Shown here piece after piece: positions 27,105 to 35,856 of a DNA stretch of 64,000 bases (position 1 is its first letter; the number at the start of each line of letters is the position of its first letter). The position numbers were made by a program, and so were the translations under genes. The notes beneath the pieces are model-generated. The model did not search any database and was not told the DNA's origin. It saw nothing but the letters and a program-made list of their open reading frames with translations. The stretch comes from Alphaproteobacteria bacterium (lineage in GTDB: Bacteria > Myxococcota_A > UBA796 > SXON01): assembly GCA_040376425.1 (NCBI GenBank), contig JBEIQS010000004.1:53617-117616 (forward strand). Reading direction: 5' to 3'.

Positions 27105-27893
27105 CTACTGGGGTACGTCGCGACTGATGCGTACCGCATTCAGCTCGCCGGTCAGCGTCACGGGCGCGCCGATGTCCAACGAGGCTTCAAAATTGATGGT
27201 GAACTCGCCGTCCTCGGTCACCGAGCCCGCGGCGTCCAGCGGATACTCAAAGAACTGAAGATCCAGGTTCATGGCGCCGGACACGTCGCCATCCGCATTT
27301 TCCATGTCCAGGTTGAACTGGGCATCGAGGTCAAAACCCTGGAGCGAGAGCAGGCAGCCGGCATCTCCGGCGACCGCAGTGCCCTCCGCATCGATCAGGA
27401 CGTTGGCGGCCCCGGCGCAGCCCACGGCGTAGGTGTCGTAGGCGGCGTCCATCGTAAGGGTTCCGGCGTAGATCCCCGCATAGGCGCTCTGCACCAGCAC
27501 GCCGCCCACGGTATAGGCGAGGCGATCGCCGTTGGGCAGAACGGCAGAGGCGGTCAGTGCGTGGCGCCCCACCCCCAAGGTGGCGTCGGTGACGGAGGCG
27601 CCGCTCAGCGTCCAGGCACTGTCCCGGTCGGTGGCCCAGGTGATCGCGTCGAAGTCCAGGGCGTTGCCCTCGGCGTCGTACACAGTGGCCTTGAAGTCAG
27701 CCGCTTCTCCCAGCGGAAGAAAGGCGCCACTTTCGGGAGAGTCAATCTTCAGCGAGGCGCCCGCCCAGAGCGCCTCTTCCTCTTCCGTCAGGCCGCTATC
27801 GTCCCCTTCCGTAGGGCCGACATTGCCGCTGTCATCGGTGGGAGAGAGGACTTTGAATTCGGGCGCGCACGCGAACAGCAGGGAGAGGAGCAT
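27105..27893 (-). CDS. hypothetical lipoprotein
   Basis: ORF 27105..27923(-). Start chosen at MLLSLLFAC (lipobox). Beta-rich and acidic, with an Ig-like segment (ATVYDAEGNALDFDAITWATD). Confidence 0.45.
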   Translation of the reverse strand: MLLSLLFACAPEFKVLSPTDDSGNVGPTEGDDSGLTEEEEALWAGASLKIDSPESGAFLPLGEAADFKATVYDAEGNALDFDAITWATDRDSAWTLSGASVTDATLGVGRHALTASAVLPNGDRLAYTVGGVLVQSAYAGIYAGTLTMDAAYDTYAVGCAGAANVLIDAEGTAVAGDAGCLLSLQGFDLDAQFNLDMENADGDVSGAMNLDLQFFEYPLDAAGSVTEDGEFTINFEASLDIGAPVTLTGELNAVRISRDVPQ

Positions 27894-27965
27894 CAAACCT
27901 CCGGCGGCGCTACTGTAGCACACGAGGGCGGCACCGGCGCGGGCTTTGGCGGGTTAGTGCGTCGG

Positions 27966-28997
27966 ATGGCTGTGATGATCGATGTCAAGGGTCTGCGGAA
28001 GGACTACGGAAAGCTGACTGCACTCGGCGGTGTGAGCTTTCAGATCAGCGCGGGGGAGATTGTTGGCTTTCTCGGGCCAAATGGTGCGGGCAAGACGACG
28101 ACCATGAAGATCCTGACCGGCTTCATTTCCCCTTCTGGGGGCAGTGCCACGGTGGCCGGCTTCGATGTGGTTTCGCAGTCCTTGGACGTGCGCCGTAGCA
28201 TCGGCTATCTGCCGGAGAACGCCCCTATCTATGGTGAAATGCGGGTGATCGACTATCTGGATTTTGTCGGTCGGGTGCGTGCCATGCCGGAGGCCGAGCG
28301 GGTGCGCGCGATTGAGCGCGTGGCCGCCGAGTGCGACATCCAGGATCGCCTGTACCAGACCGTGGGCACCCTGTCCAAAGGCTACCGGCAGCGGGTGGGG
28401 CTGGCCCAAGCACTGCTGCACGCGCCCCCCATTCTGATCCTGGACGAGCCCACCTCGGGCCTGGATCCCAACCAGATCCTGGCGATCCGCAACCTGATCC
28501 GTCGTATTGGAGCCTCGCGCACGGTGATCCTGTCCACGCACATTCTGCAGGAAGTGCAGGCCACCTGCGACCGGGTGCTGATTCTGAACCGCGGCGAGGT
28601 GGTAGCGGATGCCGCGACCGAGCAGATCGGCACGCAGGAGGCCGGTGGTACCATGGCGCGCGTCGCCTATGCGCCGGGTACGGTTCGTCTGGAAGCGAAG
28701 GTGTTGAAGGCCGCCATCGAGGGCATCGCCGGCGTTCAGCGGGTGGAGGCCCAGGCCACTCCGGAGGAGGGGGTCCACAGCTTTGAGGTTCTGGCCACCC
28801 GCGACATCCGGGGCGACCTCTTCCAGCTTGCAGTGGATCGGGGCTTGAAGATGCTGGAGCTGCACCGCGAAAGCTCCTCGTTGGAAGAGGTCTTTCGTCG
28901 TCTCACCCTGGGTTTAAACCCGGGTCAGGTACAGCAGCCCGGCCAGCACACCGGCGGCCACGAGGGCCAGCAGCAGCCCGAGAGCGACCAGGGTTAG
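27966..28997 (+). CDS. ABC transporter ATP-binding protein (ABC-2/GldA-like), no permease adjacent
   Basis: Inner part of ORF 27561..28997, ATG at 27966. Walker A GPNGAGKTT, signature LSKGYRQRVGLAQA, Walker B ILILDEPTSGLD, H-loop ILSTHIL. The 3' tail overlaps the convergent gene by 84 nt. Confidence 0.85.
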   Translation: MAVMIDVKGLRKDYGKLTALGGVSFQISAGEIVGFLGPNGAGKTTTMKILTGFISPSGGSATVAGFDVVSQSLDVRRSIGYLPENAPIYGEMRVIDYLDFVGRVRAMPEAERVRAIERVAAECDIQDRLYQTVGTLSKGYRQRVGLAQALLHAPPILILDEPTSGLDPNQILAIRNLIRRIGASRTVILSTHILQEVQATCDRVLILNRGEVVADAATEQIGTQEAGGTMARVAYAPGTVRLEAKVLKAAIEGIAGVQRVEAQATPEEGVHSFEVLATRDIRGDLFQLAVDRGLKMLELHRESSSLEEVFRRLTLGLNPGQVQQPGQHTGGHEGQQQPESDQG

Positions 28998-29528
28998 CGT
29001 CGAGCTTTGGCCTTCCTTTTGTGGGGTGGCTTGTCCGGCGCCAGGCGATGACGTCGCCTTTGGCGCGACCGGTTCGGGTGCGGCCTCCTCCCGCTCGCCC
29101 TTCCAGCCGGCGATCTTCCGGGTGGCCGGCAGCGGCGTCGCCTCCTTCCCCAGCAGCTTGAAGACGGCGGCAAACTCGTGCACGGTACCCATGTACTCCC
29201 AGGTGCCATCGGGGCGGCGCACCTTGGTGCTGTTGCCCAGCTTGCCGGTGTAGATGCCCTCGCGCACCGCATAGCGCGAAAGCCCGGCGATTACGCCCCC
29301 TTCTGCGGTCTGCAGCTCCCAAAGCCGGCCGGACAGGCGAGCCCGATACTGGCTGGCCGTCGCCCCACTTTCGTCCAGGGGTCGAGGCCCTTCTTCCGGG
29401 AGCATCGCCAGCTTTCCGGGAGGGGGCGGAGGAGGAGGCGCAAAGGCGGTCATGCAGGCCGGGCAGACCACCTCGGCCTGCTCGGCTGCTTCAAAGGAGG
29501 TCGCACAGTCGGGACAGGTCACCAGCAT
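28914..29528 (-). CDS. zinc-ribbon plus GYF_2-like domain protein with C-terminal TM anchor
   Basis: ORF 204 aa. MLVTCPDCATSFEAAEQAEVVCPACMTAF (CxxC...CxxC), a poly-Pro stretch, WELQTAEGGVIAGLSRYAVREGIYTGKL...VRRPDGTWEYMGTVHEFAAVF (GYF_2-like), and a terminal TM helix LTLVALGLLLALVAAGVLAGLLYL. Confidence 0.55.
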   Translation of the reverse strand: MLVTCPDCATSFEAAEQAEVVCPACMTAFAPPPPPPPGKLAMLPEEGPRPLDESGATASQYRARLSGRLWELQTAEGGVIAGLSRYAVREGIYTGKLGNSTKVRRPDGTWEYMGTVHEFAAVFKLLGKEATPLPATRKIAGWKGEREEAAPEPVAPKATSSPGAGQATPQKEGQSSTLTLVALGLLLALVAAGVLAGLLYLTRV

Positions 29529-29574
29529 GCCCCAAACATAGCCCGCGAGGGGCTTGGCGGGCTACATTGCTGGG

Positions 29575-31398
29575 ATGTCTACTCCCCCCCTTGTCTTCGG
29601 TACCGCAGGTCATGTGGACCACGGGAAGACCAGCCTGGTGCGGGCCCTCACCGGCATCGACCTGGATAGTCTTCCTGAAGAAAAAGACCGGGGGATCACG
29701 ATTTCCCTTGGTTTCGCGCCCCTACGTCTGCCCAGCGGGCGCCTCGCCGGGCTGGTGGATGTGCCCGGCCATGAGCGGCTGGTGCGCACCATGGTCTCGG
29801 GAGCCTCCGGGATGGACGCGGTGATTTTCTGCGTCAGTGCGGCGGATGGGGTGATGCCGCAAACCCGGGAGCACCTCGCCATTCTGGAGCTGTTGGGTGT
29901 CCGCAAGGGCATCATTGTTCTTACAAAAATGGACCTCGTGGACGAGGAGCTGCGTGAGCTGGCCGTCGAGGACATTCAGGAGCAGGTGCGCGGCAGCTTT
30001 TTGGAGGGGGCTCCCATCGTGCCCACCTCCACGCTGAGCGGGGCCGGCTTGCCGGAGCTGCTGGCGGAGCTGGACAAGATCCACCCGCCGCCACGCGATC
30101 TGCGCAAAGCCTTCCGACTCCCTGTGGATCGGGCCTTTGCCCGCAAGGGATTTGGCACCGTGGTCACGGGAACCACCTGGAGCGGGCAGCTTATCGATGG
30201 CAACGAGGTGGAGATCATCCCCGGCCATCGCAAGGCGCGGGTGCGCGGGATGCAGATCCACAAGTCGGTTGCGGGCCTGGTGACGGCGGGTACGCGGGTG
30301 GCGCTGAACCTGTCGGGCGTCGAGGTGTCGGATGTGCCGCGGGGTAGCTGGATTTGTACCCCCGGCTCCATGCCGGACTCCCGGGTGATCGACGTCCGCT
30401 ACCAGCACCTTGCGGATGCGCCCGAGCTGGAAGGTGAGCCGCGGGTGCTGGTGCTTCTGGGCACCCGCGAGGGCGTGGCGAGGCTGGTCCCCCTGGAAGG
30501 TCAGGCGCTGCGTCCGGGTAATTCGGTGCTCGCGCAGTTGCGCTTTGCGATGCCCTTCCCCTGTCTGGCGGGAGATCATTTTGTGATTCGTCGTGAGAGT
30601 CCAGCGCGCACGCTGGGCGGTGGGCAGGTGTTGGATCCCTTCGCCACGGTGGTGCGGAAGGCCCACGCGGGCGAGGCGGTGGACCTGTTGGAGCGGATGG
30701 AGGAGGGCGATCAGGAGGCCTGGCTGGAGCGGGGTGGGCCTGCGGGCCTGTCCGAGGCTGAGGTGCGGGCACGCTTTGGGGATCCGGTCGGCCAGCGCTT
30801 GGGAGATCGGTGGTTTGCCGTCTCCGTCGTGGAGAAACACCGGCAGTCGCTGCACCAGAACCTGGATCGGCTGCACAGCCAGCTTCCGCTCACGCCCTCG
30901 CACAACCGTAAAGCGCTGCGCTCGGGGCTGCTGCTGGCCTTGGGAGAGCGGGAATATACCAGCTTGGTGGACGAGGAAGTGCGGGCCAGCCGCATCGAAG
31001 CCGAAGGCTCCCGCCTCCGTCGTCCGGGTTTTGTAGTCCAGCTTACAGAAGAACAGAATTCCTGGATCACCTTGGTAAATCGCCTGTTGGAGGCGGCTGC
31101 CTGGGAAGGGGTGGAGCACATCCGGGAGAAGGCTCCGGCGCCCGATGCCGACGCGCTGATCTTCCTGCAGCGGGAGCGGGGACTGTGGGAGCAGGTGGCG
31201 GATCGCCTCTATGCTCGGCCCACCCTGGATCGTCTAAAGGCGGAGGTGTTGGTGTGGTTCGACACCCATACCGAGCTGGACCCCGGTGCCTTTAAGGAAC
31301 TGTTTGGCCTGACGCGCAAGACCGCCATCCCGCTCTTGGAGTGGCTGGATGCGGCGGGGGTGACCCGGCGGCAGGGGGATGTGCGGGTGCGGAGGTAG
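29575..31398 (+). CDS. selB: selenocysteine-specific translation elongation factor SelB
   Basis: GTAGHVDHGKTSLVRALTG, LPEEKDRGITI, DVPGHERL, GVMPQTREHLAIL and TKMDLV form the EF-Tu-like G domain in SelB style. The C-terminal winged helices end in AIPLLEWLDAAGVTRRQGDVRV. Start at MSTPPLVFG. Confidence 0.85.
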   Translation: MSTPPLVFGTAGHVDHGKTSLVRALTGIDLDSLPEEKDRGITISLGFAPLRLPSGRLAGLVDVPGHERLVRTMVSGASGMDAVIFCVSAADGVMPQTREHLAILELLGVRKGIIVLTKMDLVDEELRELAVEDIQEQVRGSFLEGAPIVPTSTLSGAGLPELLAELDKIHPPPRDLRKAFRLPVDRAFARKGFGTVVTGTTWSGQLIDGNEVEIIPGHRKARVRGMQIHKSVAGLVTAGTRVALNLSGVEVSDVPRGSWICTPGSMPDSRVIDVRYQHLADAPELEGEPRVLVLLGTREGVARLVPLEGQALRPGNSVLAQLRFAMPFPCLAGDHFVIRRESPARTLGGGQVLDPFATVVRKAHAGEAVDLLERMEEGDQEAWLERGGPAGLSEAEVRARFGDPVGQRLGDRWFAVSVVEKHRQSLHQNLDRLHSQLPLTPSHNRKALRSGLLLALGEREYTSLVDEEVRASRIEAEGSRLRRPGFVVQLTEEQNSWITLVNRLLEAAAWEGVEHIREKAPAPDADALIFLQRERGLWEQVADRLYARPTLDRLKAEVLVWFDTHTELDPGAFKELFGLTRKTAIPLLEWLDAAGVTRRQGDVRVRR

Positions 31399-31404
31399 GT
31401 CGCC

Positions 31405-32169
31405 CTATCGCGCCAACATCCTCGGCAAATGCGCCACCAATTGCCGCTGCCACCAGTCCCAGTCGTGTTTGGAGTCGCGACCCCAGATGTCGGTTTCGGA
31501 GGGGATCTGCTTGTCCTTCAGGCGGCGACCCAGGGCGATGGTCTCCTCGATACAGCCCTCTTCGTAGGGGCCCTGCCCACAAACCAGGGTGATATGCGTG
31601 TTTTTGCGAAGGCGGTCCAGCGGATCGCCGCGCAGACCCGGCACAAAGGCCAGCGGGTTGTTGAAGTACAGCTCCGGGCTGTTTTCGCCGTGGGTCAGCT
31701 CGGTGGTCAGGTAGCGACCGCTCATACATAGCGACTTGCGGAAGATCTCCGGGTACTTCAACGAGAAGAGCGCGGCATAAGTGCCGCCGAGCGAGCAGCC
31801 CATGGCTGACATCGGTGCCCCGGGCCAGTGGCAGTCCTCGCGGACAAAAGGCACCAGGGTGTCCAACACAAAACGCTCGTAGGCCCGCTGGTGCTCCAGC
31901 TTGGTCGCCAGGGGAATCTCTTTCTTCGTCCAGGCCTGGGACACGTTGGACTCGGGGCAGTACAGCTTGACCTTGCCGCCCTGGAGCAGCGGCGCGATCA
32001 CCTTGAGCATGCCCTGTTTATCCCACTCGTGCGCAAAACCTGCTGCCGACGGGAACACGATCACCGGCGGGCCAAAATGCCCGTAGCACCAGACATGGAC
32101 TTGTCTTCCCATCGCGGGGCTTTCGAGCATCAAGTGTCGGGAACGCATGTGGCCTCCTGCGGCGCTCAT
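31405..32169 (-). CDS. esterase-family protein (putative esterase / esterase D-like)
   Basis: ORF 254 aa with nucleophile elbow GCSLGG. ATGA overlap with the upstream membrane-protein stop; ATG 32148 is the alternative start. Confidence 0.7.
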   Translation of the reverse strand: MSAAGGHMRSRHLMLESPAMGRQVHVWCYGHFGPPVIVFPSAAGFAHEWDKQGMLKVIAPLLQGGKVKLYCPESNVSQAWTKKEIPLATKLEHQRAYERFVLDTLVPFVREDCHWPGAPMSAMGCSLGGTYAALFSLKYPEIFRKSLCMSGRYLTTELTHGENSPELYFNNPLAFVPGLRGDPLDRLRKNTHITLVCGQGPYEEGCIEETIALGRRLKDKQIPSETDIWGRDSKHDWDWWQRQLVAHLPRMLAR

Positions 32170-34505
32170 AACACACTCGGGGCGGCGGCGGCGCGCACCC
32201 GGCCCAGCATGAAGCCCACGGCCAGGGCGCCGACGTAGGCCCCCAGCGCCACCTCATAGGCGGCCGTGTAGCCCCACAATCGGGCCACCAACACCGTGCC
32301 CATGCTGGCCACCACCGACATCCAGCCATTCAGCGCCCAGCACCAGGGCACCAGCCCCGCCGCCTGCGTCGGCAACAGACGCACGGCCGCCGGAAAGGGC
32401 ACCCCCATCAGAAAGCCCAAGGGAAAGAGGAGAAGGAAGGTGATGCCCAGCCGCAGCTCCAGCTCCAGCCCCAGCAGCTCCCGCTGCATCCACGGTGGCA
32501 GTACCCAGGCCGCCAGCGCCCCCAGGATCAGGACCCCCACCAGGGCGGCGCGCAGCCTCCCGGCGATCTGCGCCTGCGGCCAGCGCTCCACCCAGGCACT
32601 TCCCAGCCCGGACGAAAGCAACATCGTCAACACCACCACCGTGATCGCATAGGTAGGATGCCCCACAAAGAGCACCAGCTCATGGACCAGCGTCGTCTCT
32701 ACCGCCAGGTAGCCGTAGCCCAGGCAGGCCACGTAGAGCAGCGCCCACCCCCCCCCGTGCAGCTCCCTCAGCTCTTGCCGACCCTTCAGCAGGTAGGGAA
32801 TGATTACAAAAATAAATCCGGCAGAAAACACAAATGCCACCTGAACCAACATGGAGCGGTACAGGGCGGCCAGCGGCGTTTCCGCCTTCCCCTCGCGTAC
32901 GGCGTTGAGCGCTCCCTGCACCGAGCGGAAGGTGTCCACATAGGGCCGGTCGTCCCGCATCACCTGGCCCTTGCTGTACTTGTCCCAGTTTGGTGGCGGA
33001 TCTTCCAAGAGGGGATCCCACACCAGCCGGGCTGGTGTTCCCGGGTAGACCTTCAGCGCCGTCCGGAGCTGCTCCAGCTCGGCGGCGGTCCAGGGCCGCT
33101 GCTTCATCAGCATCACATGGCTTTTTCCCTGCACATAGGCGATGGCCTGCCAGGGTTTTTTCACGCCGCGATCCCACACGGCCCGCAGGGCGGCCTTCAC
33201 CAAAAGCTCGGTGTCCGTGCCGCGCCCGAAGGAGATGGTTCCATCCGGGGAAAGGTGGTCGAGGTAGGTGCCGAAGGCTTCTTGCGTCTCCAGCAGCGCC
33301 GGCGACCAGGTGTTGGCCAACAACCCCGCGGCCGACCACAGGTTGGCGTGCACCATCTGGATGATGTCGTAGGGCTCCTTCGCCTGGAGAATGGCCGCCC
33401 GGCCATCCATGTGGACCCGACGCACCCCCGGCTGAAGATAGGGATTGACCGGTGATTCGGGGTAGCGCTCAGCGACGATGTCGAAGATTTCGGAGGCGAT
33501 GTCGATGGCGTCGATCTTTGAAAAACCGAGGGATTGCGCCGCGGAAACCTCGGGACCGGCCGAGGCGGCCAGAATGGCCACACGCGCATCCGGCGAGTGC
33601 AGGCGATACACGATGGAGCGCGTTTCTTGGAGTGCCAATCGTTCGCGATCTTCCACGGTCATCGGGATTTCCGAGGCGGAGGCGTTGTCCAGCAACACCA
33701 GTACCTGAGCACCTTCCAGCTTCTCGCCCCGGGTGTGCGTCTCGAACACCGCCAGGCGGGTCAGTGCGGTCCAGCGGGTGTACACCACCCGGTCCTCGGA
33801 AAAACCAGCCGTGTTCTTGATCTTCAGCAGCTCTCCGAAGCCCCCAGCGACGCTGAGCAGCAGCGCAAGCCCCAGGCTCGCGGCCGCAACCCATTTTCCC
33901 GCCCGATCCGCCCGCATCATGAGCAGCGCGCCGGCCGCCGAGAGCGCCAGCACCACAAAGACCGCATCGGGCCCGGCCAGCGCCCCCAGGAGCGGCACAA
34001 AGATCAGGGCCCCGATGGCCCCCCCGATGAGATCGGCGGCGTAGATATAGCCGATATGCTCCTTCATCCGCTGGAAGCTCCCGGCGAAGGCGAGGCCCGC
34101 AAAGGCGAAGGGCAGGGCCAGCACCGGCAGCAGCGCCGCAAACCAGCCCGGTCGCAGGAGCTGGTCTTTGATCCCGGCGGTTTCCTGAAATGTGTCGGGC
34201 GGCTTGGCGGGAATTTCCAGTAAGGGAAAATACAAAGCAGCCAGGATGGCCAGCACCGCCGACAGACCCAGGCCCAGGCCGATCCAGCCGAGCCGGGTCT
34301 GCAGGCCCTCTGCGGGGACCAGGCTGGGCCGCAGGTGCTGCAGCACCGCGCCCACCCCAATGCCCAAGAGTGCCAGGGCCAAGGCCAGATGCGCAAAGCT
34401 GGCGAAGAGCACTACCGCAAAGATCCGGGTGAGCAAGAGCTCGAAGAGGATCAGAGCGAGGCTGTAGAGGAAGATGGCAGCGGCCACCCGGCGCAGATCA
34501 GACAT
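32166..34505 (-). CDS. polytopic membrane protein with central spermidine-synthase-like (class I methyltransferase fold) domain
   Basis: ORF 779 aa. About 7 N-terminal and about 5 C-terminal TM helices flank a soluble domain (VLVLLDNASASEIP, ILAASAGPEVSAAQSLGFSKIDAIDIASEI, HMDGRAAIL), as in fused membrane spermidine-synthase-like proteins. Confidence 0.65.
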   Translation of the reverse strand: MSDLRRVAAAIFLYSLALILFELLLTRIFAVVLFASFAHLALALALLGIGVGAVLQHLRPSLVPAEGLQTRLGWIGLGLGLSAVLAILAALYFPLLEIPAKPPDTFQETAGIKDQLLRPGWFAALLPVLALPFAFAGLAFAGSFQRMKEHIGYIYAADLIGGAIGALIFVPLLGALAGPDAVFVVLALSAAGALLMMRADRAGKWVAAASLGLALLLSVAGGFGELLKIKNTAGFSEDRVVYTRWTALTRLAVFETHTRGEKLEGAQVLVLLDNASASEIPMTVEDRERLALQETRSIVYRLHSPDARVAILAASAGPEVSAAQSLGFSKIDAIDIASEIFDIVAERYPESPVNPYLQPGVRRVHMDGRAAILQAKEPYDIIQMVHANLWSAAGLLANTWSPALLETQEAFGTYLDHLSPDGTISFGRGTDTELLVKAALRAVWDRGVKKPWQAIAYVQGKSHVMLMKQRPWTAAELEQLRTALKVYPGTPARLVWDPLLEDPPPNWDKYSKGQVMRDDRPYVDTFRSVQGALNAVREGKAETPLAALYRSMLVQVAFVFSAGFIFVIIPYLLKGRQELRELHGGGWALLYVACLGYGYLAVETTLVHELVLFVGHPTYAITVVVLTMLLSSGLGSAWVERWPQAQIAGRLRAALVGVLILGALAAWVLPPWMQRELLGLELELRLGITFLLLFPLGFLMGVPFPAAVRLLPTQAAGLVPWCWALNGWMSVVASMGTVLVARLWGYTAAYEVALGAYVGALAVGFMLGRVRAAAAPSVL

Positions 34506-34607
34506 CCGGCGCGGTTAACCTGCCCTCCCTGTTTTTCCCGGTTCCCGACCGCACCGGGTCTGTTTTCAGGATCCGATCGGGCGCCCCACCGGGGCGCGGA
34601 TCCCTCA

Positions 34608-35495
34608 TCAGGCCGCTGTGAACCAGCCTTCTTCGGATTTGTGCTGGTAGTCGGTCAGCGGTCCGCCCAGGCTGTCCTCTACCGAGCGGATGATCTGGAC
34701 GTTCCGCTTGTCCACTTCGCTCAGCTTGGCATCGCTGTAGGCCGGGTCGGGCTTGTACCAGCTTTGCCGCTCAAAGTGGAGCTGCAGCAGCTCGGATTTG
34801 AAGCTGCGGCCGTGGCGCGCATAGACCATGTTCCGCAGGATCCGCAGGTCCCGACGCGAGAGATCGCGAAGCTGATCCACCCGGACCAGGCTGTCCAGAA
34901 TGCGCGGGTCGTCGAAGGGGGAGACCTCCATCTCGGCGGCGCTGTGGTCCACCTGGATCTCGTAGTCCCACGCGTTTTCGCCCAGTGCACGGGCCAAAAG
35001 CACCAGCTCCACCCCGTCTCCGTCCCCGTCCTTTTTCATCTGCGCGATCAGCCGATCGCGGCGGGCCACCAGCTCGGCGCGGCTCAGCCGGGCCTCGTAG
35101 TCGGCGACAAACTCCGCATTCTGGTAGTCCAACGCGCTGAGCTTGGTGGTGTCCACACCCACGCCCGGCTTGTACCAGGGCTGTGCCGAGAAGTGCGCGT
35201 TCAGCCATGCTTTGCGAAAGGGGTTGCCCGCGCGTGCATAGATGGTGTTGCGGATCAGCGACAGCTCCCTCAGGGGGCGATTCTGAAGGTCGGCGGCGGT
35301 GATTGCGCGGGTGTAGTAGTAGGGGACCTCGCCCGGCGCGCCGCTGGGGGCGGCAGCCGGGGAGGGGAGGGCCGGCGCCGCGATCGGCGCCGGGGCGGTC
35401 GGCGTGGTTGTGCTGGTCGGCGTGCCGGTGGGCAGCCCCGAGCAGGCGAGCAACATGCCGCCGGTAATCAATAGAGAAAAACGAAGCATCAGCAA
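34608..35495 (-). CDS. YARHG-domain lipoprotein (two YARHG repeats)
   Basis: Lipobox LLACSG. Repeats are IRNTIYARAGNPFRKAWLNAHF..QPWYKP and LRNMVYARHGRSFKSELLQLHFERQSWYKP. Confidence 0.7.
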   Translation of the reverse strand: MLMLRFSLLITGGMLLACSGLPTGTPTSTTTPTAPAPIAAPALPSPAAAPSGAPGEVPYYYTRAITAADLQNRPLRELSLIRNTIYARAGNPFRKAWLNAHFSAQPWYKPGVGVDTTKLSALDYQNAEFVADYEARLSRAELVARRDRLIAQMKKDGDGDGVELVLLARALGENAWDYEIQVDHSAAEMEVSPFDDPRILDSLVRVDQLRDLSRRDLRILRNMVYARHGRSFKSELLQLHFERQSWYKPDPAYSDAKLSEVDKRNVQIIRSVEDSLGGPLTDYQHKSEEGWFTAA

Positions 35496-35523
35496 TTCCT
35501 ATCGGAAAAATGGATGCGGGACT

Positions 35524-35856
35524 TCAGCCCGGTGGCCAGGAAAAGGGGCGTCCCCCCAAAAGATGCAGGTGGAGGTGGAAGACGGTCTGGCCCGCTCCCG
35601 CACCGTTGTTGATGTTCACCCGGTAGTCCACCAAGCCTTCCTGCTTGGCGACCAACTGCACGGTCTGCAAGAGCCGCCCCAGCAGCGCCCCGTCCTCTGG
35701 CGCGGCGGCGGAGAGCTGGGGGATCGGGCGCTTGGGAATCACCAGGATGTGGACGGGGGCCTGGGGGTGGATGTCCCGAAAGGCCAGCGTCTCCTCGTCT
35801 TCATAGACGATGGAGGCGGGGATCTGGCGGGCGATGATCCGCTCGAAGAGGGTCAT
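35524..35856 (-). CDS. HIT-family (histidine triad nucleotide-binding) protein
   Basis: ORF 110 aa. IVYEDEETLAFRDIHPQAPVHILVIPK and QTVFHLHLHLLGG (HxHxHxx motif). Confidence 0.9.
   Translation of the reverse strand: MTLFERIIARQIPASIVYEDEETLAFRDIHPQAPVHILVIPKRPIPQLSAAAPEDGALLGRLLQTVQLVAKQEGLVDYRVNINNGAGAGQTVFHLHLHLLGGRPFSWPPG

Noticed and set aside
29529-31404. tRNA-Sec (selC) or a SECIS hairpin adjacent to selB
   Set aside because: The flanking intergenic gaps are under 50 nt and show no cloverleaf-length structure. Nothing supportable was found by eye.
34540-34605. Small hairpins (CCCGGT-N10-ACCGGG plus a T-run; GCGCCCC-ACC-GGGGCGC) between the YARHG and spermidine-synthase-like genes
   Set aside because: The orientation of the T-run does not fit a terminator for the minus-strand genes on either side. 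The stems are short. I left this unannotated.
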